From the NCBI RefSeq assembly GCF_044704955.1, contig NC_091997.1, positions 33,108,001 to 33,172,000 on the forward strand: 64,000 nt of DNA, written 5' to 3'. Within the stretch, counting starts at the first letter, position 1, and every line of letters begins with the position of its first letter. The DNA is from Pristiophorus japonicus. Taxonomy: Eukaryota. Below the pieces are notes generated by a model. The model saw nothing but the letters and a program-made list of their open reading frames with translations. It had not been told where the DNA came from and did not search any database. Position numbers and translations under genes: made by a program. Shown one piece after another: positions 24,787 through 37,227 of this stretch.

Positions 24787-26879
24787 ACTTTTCTATCCGA
24801 TTAGCTGTTTTATACTAACAGTCTGACCTCTGAAACCCTTGACCTTTAAGACATGACTCTGTTCTATCTGAACATTCTCAATACTAAAGGATAAAAAAGC
24901 CCCACCAGGGTTACCCCTCGTTCACTCCATTTAAAATATGTGCAGCGTTGCTGAAGAGTGCCCGTTCTGTTGGCCTTGTCTTGTGTGCAGTCACTTGCAT
25001 TAGAAAAAATAGAAAATCCTAAAAGTTTGTGTTGAAATCTCTCTTTTTCAAAAAAAAATTCAGGGATACGTAGAAGTAGGTTGAGGAATAAAGTTTAGCA
25101 CTTTGCACTTTGCAATCATATCTAAGGATGGGTCTCTAAAAACCCAATTATTGAGAAGAAACCATTACTTGGCCCTCAGCCTCTCTGTCTTTTCTCTATC
25201 GAAGGTTCAGTAACATTCAATATTGACTGGCCTTGCAATTTTATTCAAACTTTTTTTAGTGTGTTCATTCTATCTTTAACTGCCGTTTGCTTACAGACAG
25301 TGAGGAGCGGGTAGGAGAGGGAGAGAGGGTTAGAGAGAGAGAAATTCCTTGTGTACAATGTGTTGGGCTTTTTTACACTAGCTTATTATTACTAAAGCCA
25401 AATTACAAAATTGCCCACCGACGCCCCAGTTCGAACCGTATTGCTACTCCGTGTCTTCCTTGTCTAAGAGTATAAATAGATATTGCTTTTTTTTAACGAT
25501 TTAAGAAGCAATTACCGTGAAATACAAGTTATTTTAAGAGTGTGTGAAACTAAAGCACAGTTGCCGCACCTTTACTAGATTCCCCAGTTTTAATTTATGA
25601 AGGCAACCATTGTGCTTCTCTAGCACTCGCGAATGCAATAATTCACCATGCAGTTTAGAGAAATCTTCCAAATGTGCATTAAAAACAAATAAACGAGAAA
25701 AAACATGCCTTTTTAGATGAGAAGTCCCCGCCCGCAATCCTTTGCTTTGTCAAATTATTTGGGCTGCCTTTATAACCAAAATTACTTTATTTTCTTGTAT
25801 TTTTAAAACGCCTCAATTTTTCTAACATCATTTTCGAAAGCAATAAATATGACGGATGAGATTGATAAGGATGTTATTAAATTATATTATTATACATTTC
25901 TGAAATCGGTGGTGTTTTCTGACGAGAACAAAGGCCGAGTTCCAGATAATATTATGGGCTACTTAGGACGGATTAAAAAAAAATTGTAACGAAATAATCT
26001 CTAGTTGTAAAGACACCTACCGCAATGTATATTGCACTTTAGGAAGCACCCGCAGAGAGAATATCGAAACACGACGTAGTGTGTCAAATTGGTTTCTCGG
26101 GGCATGCTCCTTTCTAAGATTATTGCTTTTTTCAAAACCGAAACAAATATAACGAGGTTTCCCCCCACCCCTATATCCACCTCCTTGACCATAGCAGCGA
26201 TGTCCTGTTCCTCAACATAGATTTGATCCGAATCGCTTTATGTCACATTTTGGTTTGGAATTTTTAAAAAGTCTTCTTATTCCGTGAACAGCTCGAGATT
26301 TTTTCCGTGACCTTTATGTTGCTGCTAGCGACTGGATACTAGCTTTGTAACTGCAGGAGTAAAAGTACCCGCGTGTAAGTGAAGAGGAACCTTGTTTTAA
26401 AAAAATATTCGCTCCACAGTCATACAAAGCCAACCCTGCGACATAAAAGAAGTAGATAAAGGGCAAAATGGACAATATAAAACTTGGAAATTCAACGTAA
26501 GGAACAGGCAAAGTTGTGGTGAAATGAATCAGGCAGAAATCTACTACTGTGACAACGTGCTGCTGGTTCCAGTCATAGAGACTGCATCGGCATCACAAAA
26601 GATAGACACGTAGGTTGTGAGTCTGAAGAAGCGTCTCAGGATTCAAAGGATGATACTTAGGAAAACCCTGAATGCATTGATATAGTCGCACTTGTGTTTA
26701 GTTTTGACTTAGAGGAAATCATCTGAACCCCACTTTTTAAGCAGAATCAGGTGCAAGGTATTAATACAATTTTGAGAACCCCCAAAATGGGGAGTGAAGA
26801 AGAATATGAAAGAATGTCTCCGCTCTCCCAGTGGAAGGTCATACTTCTCCTTGGAGTATGAATTTGAAATCCCCCCTTC

Positions 26880-27076
26880 CCCCTCGATCACGTGACTCAT
26901 TAAATAATTAATGCAGCTGTTGCTGAATAGATATGTATTCGCCGGTAAATCGCCGACATGGTCTCTCTGTGTCTGACGTGAAATTCTACTGTCCTTTTAA
27001 AAACAAGCCTATAACTTGAGAGAGAGGCTGGAATAAAACAATTTGGGAAGAGAGACACACCGTGGGCTGGATTATT
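26880..27076 (+). promoter_or_regulatory. Putative upstream HoxB3 promoter and non-coding first exon
   Basis: TCACGTGACTCATTAAATAATTAATG (E-box plus homeodomain sites) followed by a GTAAGT donor at 27077. Confidence 0.55.
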
Positions 27077-28189
27077 GTAAGTACAGCTGCAGTGCCTCGT
27101 GTCTCTCTATGTAAATATTATGTGTGTTATTTATGTTTTACAAGACTGTCATAACATTTGACAAATTGTGCCTTTCCTTCTATTTTTCAATTTACCACGG
27201 TGGTATGTTTGTTTATTTCCCCGTTTTCATTGATATTTTTTTGTGAGAATGTTTTTTTTTCTTGCTTTCTTGATTTATTGCGAAATATGTCAGCTGCACT
27301 ATGGATACCATTGTGTGTAAGTTGTGTGTTGTTTATGTTCGTCTGCGTGATAAATCATGGTCTTTGAGAATGATGTGCAAGTGATGATATTCAGGAATGA
27401 GGAAGGTTGTAATCCTCTCCCCAGAGTTGATTATTGCGGGCCATTTGTAGCAATAGATCAGAGGATAATATGAAAGCTATAGCTGCGGGTCTTAAATTAC
27501 AGCATCCGTGATTACCAATTATGGATAGTTTTGTATGAATTCTTTAAAACACAACGCCTCATTGGAATAAAAACCTAGTAAAGGAGGCGCTTTGGGTGAC
27601 CAGAAATGAATTGCAAAACCCAATTTTGAAAATGAGCGAGGACTAACAGACTTCTACAATGCCTCGTTCCTTTTATTCTGCGGTTGGACGCCAGCCAGTC
27701 AAGTTGAAGCCATTAATAGTAGCGTAACATTTAACACCGATCGTTAGTGCAAACCTTTATGTAGTAAAATTAGAATAACTCAGTGATTGGCATTAAATAT
27801 TAATGATTGCAGCAGGCAAGGAACATCAGTATTGAAACACGCGTGTCTCTGAAAATACCATTATCTGTCAACTGAATGGCAGCCTTTTTCTTACTGAGGC
27901 ATATTTAATGGTCGTTTTTAATTATGATTATCTGAAGTGTTTTTAAGTGTTTGTTTTGATAATTACACAGGGCTTCGTTGAAATTATCTATGGTATCTTG
28001 TGTCTATTAACTCAACAAAGATGGAAAAACTCAAAACGCTTATTAACCATATCACTGTTTAATGTACAGGATGCACAAGTCAATGCCAAGCAGTATTATT
28101 TGAGAACTAACAACAAGTACATTGAACAAATTGGGAGTTTGTTAATGGTTTATTGCATTTTATATTATAACTATACTGTACGTGCCTTT

Positions 28190-28328
28190 NNNNNNNNNNN
28201 NNNNNNNNNNNNNNNNNNNNNNNNNNNNNNNNNNNNNNNNNNNNNNNNNNNNNNNNNNNNNNNNNNNNNNNNNNNNNNNNNNNNNNNNNNNNNNNNNNNN
28301 NNNNNNNNNNNNNNNNNNNNNNNNNNNN
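28190..28328. other. Assembly gap (139 N)
   Basis: Run of N flanked by AT-rich sequence. Confidence 1.
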
Positions 28329-31300
28329 AGTCCTATATATATTATATATATAAATATAAATGTTACATAAAATAAAACTAGACAGTCATTGAACAGATTG
28401 ACAAAGTCTATATTTCCTTTTAACAAATTGTGGTACCTAATCTGTTTCCCTCACTCTCCGAATAGTAGTTATGTGCTTGTAAATGAGAAAAAAACAATGA
28501 AAACACAGAGTTGCTTTATGATTGACAGGCCTTGGGTTGTCGATTTTCTTCATTTGCCAAAAAAGACTCCTGAGAAAAAAAAGGGGAAGGCAGTAGCAAA
28601 TCGATATTAGAACACAATTGGATATTGCTTAGCTTCCATAGCAAAGATGTGTAAATTTCTTTGCAAGTCTGACCCTGGATTCAATTGAGGCTTTATTAAT
28701 TGATAACTCCCAGCACCAAAATGGAAAAATAATGTGACTCGATGCCCTCAACACACATGAATCATTCTCAGTAGCACTGCGTTCGTTCAGAGGCGCTGAT
28801 AGCAATATGTAATTTTTTTTGTAGAAATAATTTATGCCACGGAAAGGCAAAATACGCTTTTGTATTCTGAAAATGTTAAGGCTTTAAAGGCTGTTTGTTC
28901 TCTCAGTAGAATTTACAGCCCCTTCTTTAAATACGGTAACTGTGCTTTAAAAAACTACCCTGACAATGCCTCGCCGTTTCAGTCAGCGAAAAGCCCCTCC
29001 TTAAGGCTTTGTTCATGCGCCTCTCTTTAACGAGCGGTTCAGTGATTTCTATAGAAAGCAAAACATAAAGACTGTGGTTAATATATTTTAAAAATGGAAA
29101 GACGCCGATGACACCGTACTACTGAACGAAGCCGTGCCGTTATATCGAACGATATTTTGTATATTAATCCTTTTGCCGTTCTTGTCGAAATGTTTATCGA
29201 AGTATCTACTAATTTTTCTCTCCTACAGATCACATTCCACTACATGAAAGAGCAACAACATTATGCAAACAAGAAGGAAAATTGCTTAAGTTTTGTGATT
29301 TCTGGACTTTTTTTCTCCGTAATCTTTTTTTCCTCTCTCTCGATCCATCAACTGACAGGATTAACTTTGTGAGCGAGTCTAAGATTTATTCGTGGTGTTT
29401 CATTTCATAATTGCTTTGCTCTCTCCCTTATTTACATCGTTCTTTGGCGTTCATATCCTTCAAACTGAACAGATATACTTTAAATAAAACCCTTTAACGG
29501 GATGATAATGCATTACGGTTTGCAAGGAATCAACCCTACGTAGACTCGAAAGTAACCGTTGCTCTCATAAGATGGCTATTTAATGTACAGGTAATTATAC
29601 TCCTCATAATAAATCATGTCCCTTCTCCCTGTTAATATATTTTGCTGGGCCGTGTATGGCTATTTCAAATTGATGAAAAATTACTACCTTTTTTTTTCAT
29701 GAGGACTGTACCATAACATATCTGGGCACCGTGCAGAAGAGTGGGCGAGGGTGAAATTATGTTCAGATTTCCTAATATTTGAACGGTGATAAGAACCACA
29801 ATAAAGTATACACCGCTACAATGTATAAACAAATAGCCCTTAAAAAGACTCCGATGGTGTAATCATAGATAATTTGTTCATACATAGAAGGGCAAGATTA
29901 TAAAAAGCATTTAATGGAAAATTAATGTTAAGAATGAATCAAAGACACACGATACGATCACAAACAGGCCTTATTTCCTTGATAATCTTTCGTAAATTAA
30001 AATTTGTAAATATTGACAAAGGTAGCCCAGATAAGTAAAGTAGCGGTTAATTTTGAGTTTACATGTTTAATATAAATGCACATATTTTCTTAAAGAAAAT
30101 AATATATAATTAAACGATCAGTATTGTCGGTAGGTATGTAGTGTTTCCTGACTTTGCAACTCATGGTGTTTCAACGCCTCTCAACAAACGATCAAATTAG
30201 CTGCAGTAAAGACAAGGTAATAAATTATATTGCTGCAGCTCCATGCTCCCAGACTGGCTATTAGAAAAGTGAAAACGTAATAACTCTAACCTCTGACCTT
30301 TCACTGATAATACAAAACGAAACTAATTTTGAGACGCAATTCACTTGAAGGCTCCAATGGTATATAGTTCCGCTTTAATAGTGAAGATGATTTTTGATTG
30401 TTATTATTGGGGGTTTTTTTCAATGAAGGCTTCAAACCGCCGAGAAACTAGTAGTTCTGGTGCCAAATTTTCCATGTTTTTCCCATTCCTTTGTGTTGAA
30501 ATGCGGTCGGTCTCTAAGGAGCAATTGTCCCAAATTGTTGCAATTGCTGGAACAAAAATAGGATAAGGTGATGCCCTGTTCGCACTCCATAGAGGTTTGA
30601 GGTTTATTTGCTTGAGAGTAATGATTGTAATCATTTTTTAAATCAGGTTGACATGGTTAGGAAATTGATACAGTGCGACTGTGTCATTGTGCTCATGAAC
30701 TAACATTGCCTCTATTTAACTTTCTCTCGCTGTTGCTTTCTCCTCTGTCTCTCTTCCTCTCTGTATGTCTCTCCCCCCCCCCCACCCCCCCTCTCTCTCC
30801 CTCGCTCTCTTTCTGTATCTCTTTTATTCTCACTCGTTCGCTGCATTATATATCACAGCATATTTAATTAGCGTGGTCGGTATTTAAAGACAGAAGTCCT
30901 GCTACTGTCACTCTGCCAACCCTGAGCTCATATGGCAATAATTTCCAACATCCATCGACCAGACCAGCTCTTATTGGACACGTTAACTCACATCGTTATT
31001 TTGTGTTCCATGTAACATGCTGCCGTCGTCTTTGGGCCTCCATTGGCAAAAGCCTGTCTTTAAATCATGCTGGATTTGTAATAACACATTGTTTTGTTGT
31101 TGTTTTTTGGAACAACTTATGCAGAATTTAGCTTCTGAAATAATCAAACTGCTGGCGTTTCCCCCCGATAGTCCGCTCAAGCAGAGGACTAGTTCTGTAC
31201 CGGCTGTATGTAACTTCCCAGTACGGCTGCGGTTGAATTCTTTCCAGTCAGGCGAGCCCATGCTTCTTTCGATGACACCCTCGAGATTTTCCAGAATGCA

Positions 31301-31350
31301 TTTTTTTAAATCCATCAGAATCCAATAAACATTTCCCCTCCCGCGTTGTG

Positions 31351-31421
31351 GAGGGGGGAGGGGGACGGGGGATTGAGGGGCTGAGGGAGATGTGGGGTGG
31401 GGGGGGGGGGGGGGGGGGTGG
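31351..31421 (+). repeat. G-rich tract with G20 homopolymer (G-quadruplex potential)
   Basis: At least six G-runs of 3 or more plus G20 at 31399-31418. Confidence 0.8.
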
Positions 31422-34144
31422 TAGAGCTGAGCTCCACCACCTGTGATGAAATAACTAATTCAGTGATCTTTTTCCAAGTTCCATTGCAATGATCCAACAG
31501 GTAAGCGAACCGCGGAAACTGCACTTTAAACATTTCCCCCCCTCTGCAGCTCGCCATGAATTCCAGGGTGGATATAATTAATGGCCCACAGCTTGACCTG
31601 AGCGAGAGGGGTCCCCGGTTGGTTTCCGTGAACTATTGCTGACTTTTTTGTGTGTAACGGATTGAGACAGACATGGCCTCTCCCACCAACCGCCGCCTCC
31701 CCCCTCCACAAAATGCTCTTTTTTGCAGAAGGCGGTGAAGAACACTTCAGAAAGCTCCTTTCCTCCTCAAACTTCCGAAAGATCTTACAAACAGTTAAAC
31801 GTTTGGTTTGGGTCTACATTTGATGGCTGTTGACACCTCCGAGTTCGTGGAAGAAGCTTCAAACGCATTTTTATACAGGGTGTTATCCTCCAGATGAATG
31901 TGCACATGATTTATGACCTGGGTAAACAGTGTTTACCTATTGTACTCGCGACTTTTTGAGTTCCCAAACTAAATTCCCCTCGAATGTTCGCCGCCTTAAA
32001 GTTGGTCAACTCGATCTCTTGCCTTTTAATCGGACATTTGAGAGAGAATCTCTTTTAACTTTCTAGAATTGTTTCATCTCCACTTTTATTTCATCTGAAG
32101 GTAATTTCTGTTTTACTAAACACTGATGAGAATATAACAATTATTTTAGAATAGAGCAGGGCAACTTAATGTTACTGGCAGAGCATGCACCACCTTAAAA
32201 TAGCATCAAAAAATGCTGGACCATTCTTTATGGGAGTACAACATTTTGTTAAACTGAAAACGTTTTAATAGGCTTCCATTTCCTTAGGCATCTGTAGCCA
32301 GATAGACGACTCGCGATAAGGTGGCGTTTGATGTTCGCACAGAATTGCCTTGCATTAAATTCCTCGCTCCCCCTTGTTTTTTAACAAATCATTTTACGCG
32401 CTGCCTCCAGCAAGATGTTTGGTTTGCCGAGGAAGATAGTTTGAACTGCAGGCGTCAGAATGGATCTAGAAATAATCAAATTGAATTTTATCGTTTTTGG
32501 CACACAAGCAGAACTAATTGTTTTACTGCAGAGGGCTCTTTTTATGGGTGATAATATGCAGCAAATTGGTAAAACTCGAAAGTCATTTTTTTTCCTCTCG
32601 ATATCTTTTTTTTTGTGACTGCCAAAACAATCTAAGCCATTGAGAGATTCTTAAGTTCACGCCGAAATGTTCTTTCTGCGTGCTGGGCTACACAGTGTTT
32701 GTTAAAAGGACAGTGGTATTAAAAGGCTTGATTTTACTTTTATTAAAAATTAACTCTTTCCTGTTACACTGCCTCTTCTCGTGCATTATCAGCAAGTTAA
32801 GCGAGGAGTTTGTCACTGCCATTCGGCTTAGCTTGGCAGATCAAAGGACCTCTGTTTCTAGTTGTACAGTAACCCTATTGATCTCCCTCTGACTCATGCC
32901 AGACATTCTCAAACCCCCAAAACAGCCTTCTCGTTAATTTAAATCAATATCTTTATTTATTTTAGTCTGTTATTTTTAGATTTCCCTTCATTTCTCAGCC
33001 GTTTGAAAAGTAAAATCAAGCGGCAGCGAGACGAGGCAAGCCGCCGAGCGCCAAGCGCTCCATAGCACGTCACTGTGCTGCAGGTCAAGTGTCACATTAA
33101 ACACAAGTTATGCATTAATAGGTCAGATGAAAAGGTACATTTGGAAACGTGCCAGTGTACATTATGTCACACGTTTTGCACGGCTGGCATTCACTATTAT
33201 AGTAAAAACGTATTTAAATATGAAAGAACACATTATCTAATGAAGGCTATATTATTTGTTTTTTTTACATTTTAACACTCCGGCCTAACATAAGACGCCT
33301 GAACACATTCCGATGGGTGTATTTCGCACCAGCACATTGTAATTTGATGGATAGCTCCTGTATGAAATCACAATTTTAGCGACATATAAACTAGAGTATC
33401 AAACAAATATATATTGAGTTAAACTAGTAAGCATGTGTAATTTATACATACGCATATATTACATGTTTTACGACTGTTCCATAAATTATGATGTGAATTA
33501 TACAAAAAAAAAGCTTAACATGAAATATACCGAATATGAGAATATAAGACTTCCTTAAATCGGAGACATGCTGCTAATTTTACTAGCGGATCTATGACCA
33601 TATTGCTGAAGGACGTGTACTTGCTGTGAACTAATCTTTGCTTGTTAAGAATAAATAAGGCGTTTAATTTTGGAGTCCCCCATTTCTTTCAAAGTCTGCG
33701 CGTGGGTGTAAAACTAAAGCCACTATCACAGGCGTTCCACAGAGCAGAGTGGGGAGACCACAGGTTATCAGTGCTGATCCAAAACAGGCGTCCCAGCAAA
33801 GCTTGTCTGCTCAAAAATCAAACTGGTGTGCCTTACACAGAGAAAGCTTGAGAGGGGGGTGGGGGAAGTTACTCAAACTTCATTCTTTCCCTGGCCTGGA
33901 TTTATTGGAAAAAGCGAATTATATCATTTTGGGTTTTTTTTCTTAAAAACAAAAAAAAACAACCTACCTTTGCAACAGCTTCTACAGAAATAAACATGTA
34001 GAATATCTCTCGTCATCCGCTATAAAGAGAGAAGTTTTTGAAATGCGTGTAGCTGCAAATTTCTGCGTTCCAACACTAAAAAAAATGAAGAGTTCAATTA
34101 ACAATTGCTAAAGTCTGTATAAAATGTGCAAACGTTGACGTACT

Positions 34145-34420
34145 GACCACGTGAATGCATAATCCAAGCGCATTACTCTGGCATTTGGATGGAAGGCCTT
34201 CGCCTGTGTCTCCGGGCTGTGATCACCCAGTCAGTACTCAGATTATTTACAGAAGCCCATTTAAAAAACAAATCGGGTCAGGGGGAAGATATGCCTGCCT
34301 TCCAATATCTCTTATAAAAGGATTATATGCGATCGCAGAGAAAGCCCTGGATAGTGGGACGGATTGTTATTTTGGAGACATTTCAAACCGTCTCGTTGAT
34401 TGATCATTAATGTGGTGAGT
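34145..34420 (+). promoter_or_regulatory. Putative HoxB3 promoter / non-coding exon
   Basis: CACGTG 34148-34153, Pbx site TGATTGAT 34397-34404 followed by CATTAA, donor GTGAGT at 34415. Confidence 0.5.
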
Positions 34421-36168
34421 TATTACTATTCAAGGAAAGGTCATTCAGAGAGAGGCTTATATCTGTCACAGTGAGCCAAGACATATTTTATTTCTTTTCC
34501 TTTATTTTTTTATCCACTTAGTCCAACTGCAAATGTTTAAATATCCTCCTGATACCAGAGGACTGTAAATTAGTTCAAGGGGGAGAGCAATTCTCAATGC
34601 ATTTTACTCCAGTGTAAACGCGCGCGTGTGTGAGTCTGTGTGTGTTGGTTTCAGGAGTCCTGAATCAGATCCCTCTTCATGCATTTATAGAAATACGCTT
34701 TTCCGTCCCTCTTCCCCTATTTTTCTTTAAAAGTCCTCACATTAATGTAGCAAAAAAAATAAAACGAATTTTAAACATAGCCGTTCATGGCACCGATGAT
34801 TCATGAACATTTGTTTCCCAGACAAGGTAAATAATTTATGAGTTTAGTAGCGAAGAACAAGCCCTTTTTGAAGGCATTTCTCCCACCTCTCGAATCCTGC
34901 CCACGAATGAATACTGCGAAAATCCACTAAAGTTAGCATATATGTATAATTCAGCGTATTTTTATGTTTCATATGAAAACACGAAAGGATTTCGTTTATT
35001 AGAGTTAGCAGGTGAATCCCTATATTAACCGCATCTCCGTCTCCCTCCTTTGTTCTGTGACGGTGCTGGCATTTAGTCACATATAAGTGCGTAACCTTTG
35101 TTATTAACATTAGTCGAACTATATTACTTCTGCGTTTCTCCCACTCGCATTTAACCATTTATAAATATTTATATATGTAAGTAATTCGATAGTAAACGAA
35201 GCTACAGATTCAACACGCGTAACTGTTGCCGCGTTTGGATGTAACAAATCATTTTTATCCTGGAAGGTCGCAAAACCTGCTGTGCTTTATCTTTCCGAAA
35301 TTATTGCCTTTTGGGGAAAAATGTAACGAATATTTTACTCCGGACCAATAACAGATGCCATACACAAAGGAATGTTATTATTTTCACTATTAAAGACATC
35401 AGCGGCCCTACTATAGTTTTTTTTTGTATGCAGAAGGGCTTGGGATATAATGAAACAATTGATTTTATAATATGAATCCAATTTTCAAATCATTCAACGT
35501 CGCCATTCGAATTTTATATTACCGTTCAAAATAAAATAACAAATAAAGACACATTGGAAATTTCAAACGCTTTAAAATGACGTATACTTTTAATATTTGA
35601 TGTGTGTCGCAGGCCGACATTTAACCACCGGCCTATTTAATCCAAATATTAAATAAAGCTGGCTAAGTGTTGTATGCTTGAACTAAAGATAGACTACCTT
35701 TACTTAGGAGACACTAAAACCAGGCAATTAAGTGCCCTCCGTGAAGTGTAGGATGGTAAATATACATTTAATTTGTCAACCACTTTGAGAACGAAATCCA
35801 CAAAAATATATGAAGCACAACTTTATTTAATGGTTGAGCACAAATAACATTACATGAGCAATTTCAAAAATACACACAGCATTTCCTTAAATTAGTAATG
35901 CCAAGATTCTGGTCGGTGAGCAGACCAATATATAAGTTAAAGTATTTCCACTTGATATTTATATTTGAGCACATTACGGTGCCATTTCTAATATATTATT
36001 AATAATGCATATTGTATTCCTAATTCCTGACGCTCCACTTTTGGTTGCTTCTTTCTGTCATTTGCTCGAATACTCTGTCGATTTGTTCAGAGGTCGTGTG
36101 CAACGAATTCGATTTTGTAACGATTTCCTTGATCGAAGGTTTGTCTTTTTTTCTCTCCTTTTTTGCAG

Positions 36169-36235
36169 TCCTCGCTCTTTATAAAGACCCCGTCAGCAGC
36201 TATACCTTAGATCGGGAACCAGCAGCATTGTTGCG
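36169..36235 (+). other. Candidate 67-nt non-coding HoxB3 5' UTR exon
   Basis: Long pyrimidine tract ending TTTTGCAG| and consensus donor CG|GTAAGT. Confidence 0.55.
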
Positions 36236-37186
36236 GTAAGTCAGATTATATTCATTTAATACCTGAACCATTTCCTGGTTATCCATAGATAGATAGATAT
36301 AGATAAAGCTATTGTTAGATAAATAGACATAAATTATACAAAATGTATATATGCACATTGCCCAAGCTACATAACGCCTTAATATCGCCTTCAAAGTTTT
36401 TAAATGCCAAAGTTTGGGGGGGTTAAGGCCCGATTTAGAATAAAATCAGATATTTTGTTGACAATGATCTGGAATCAGTTGTTCTACAATACAGAAAAAT
36501 AGAAGCATTATCAATTATACATGGTACTTAAATAAAACATCTTACCACCACATAAAAGATCAAACTAAAATCTCTATTTTTCAAAATATGGTTTCCATTT
36601 AGAAGCAGATGTTTCTGAAAGTTAATTGTTGCGATCACCGAAGGGAAACTGAATCTTCCCCCCAGTCGCGGAAGTAGTTTACAGGCAAAATAGAAGGTGC
36701 AGGAAAAAGTGAGACGCTCTCTAGTTATACAAGTTGCAAAGTGATATATTCAGCCACCTCACGATGGAAAGAAAATAACATACGATGCTGTCTGACAGTC
36801 CTAGTACTAAAGAAGAGTAACTTGTGTCTTAGCCGATCAGAATCCCAGTCTCACTTTGTGAAGTTATACCTTTGCCAGCTGAGCACTGTGTTGTCGAAAA
36901 AAAATCACTGCACGTTAAAAGAAAATCAGCCCTTCCTCTCACTTATTCCGAACATAAGTGAAAAACTCACAAGGCTCCGGACTACAGAATTGCTTCTTCA
37001 ACAACCCCCCCAAAAAAGACATAGTTTGCAACAAAAAAAAGAATAGTATGAAGGCGTCAAAAAAAGTTGCAGAGTTGTAGATTCTTTCCCCCGTCTTCCT
37101 CCTACGCCGTTCAGACTCTCCTTTCATGTACCTAACGAGTGCAACATCTATCCCTTTTACACTGTTTACAGCTATGGTGCCATGAA

Positions 37187-37227
37187 GTCATAAATCTTAC
37201 GCGGCCATAAACGACAGAAGCAGTGGC
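37187..37227. promoter_or_regulatory. Hox/Cdx site cluster upstream of HoxB3
   Basis: GTCATAAATC, GCCATAAA and CATAAA in tandem. Confidence 0.5.

Noticed and set aside
27947-28426. ORFs spanning the N gap
   Set aside because: Artefacts of unknown bases
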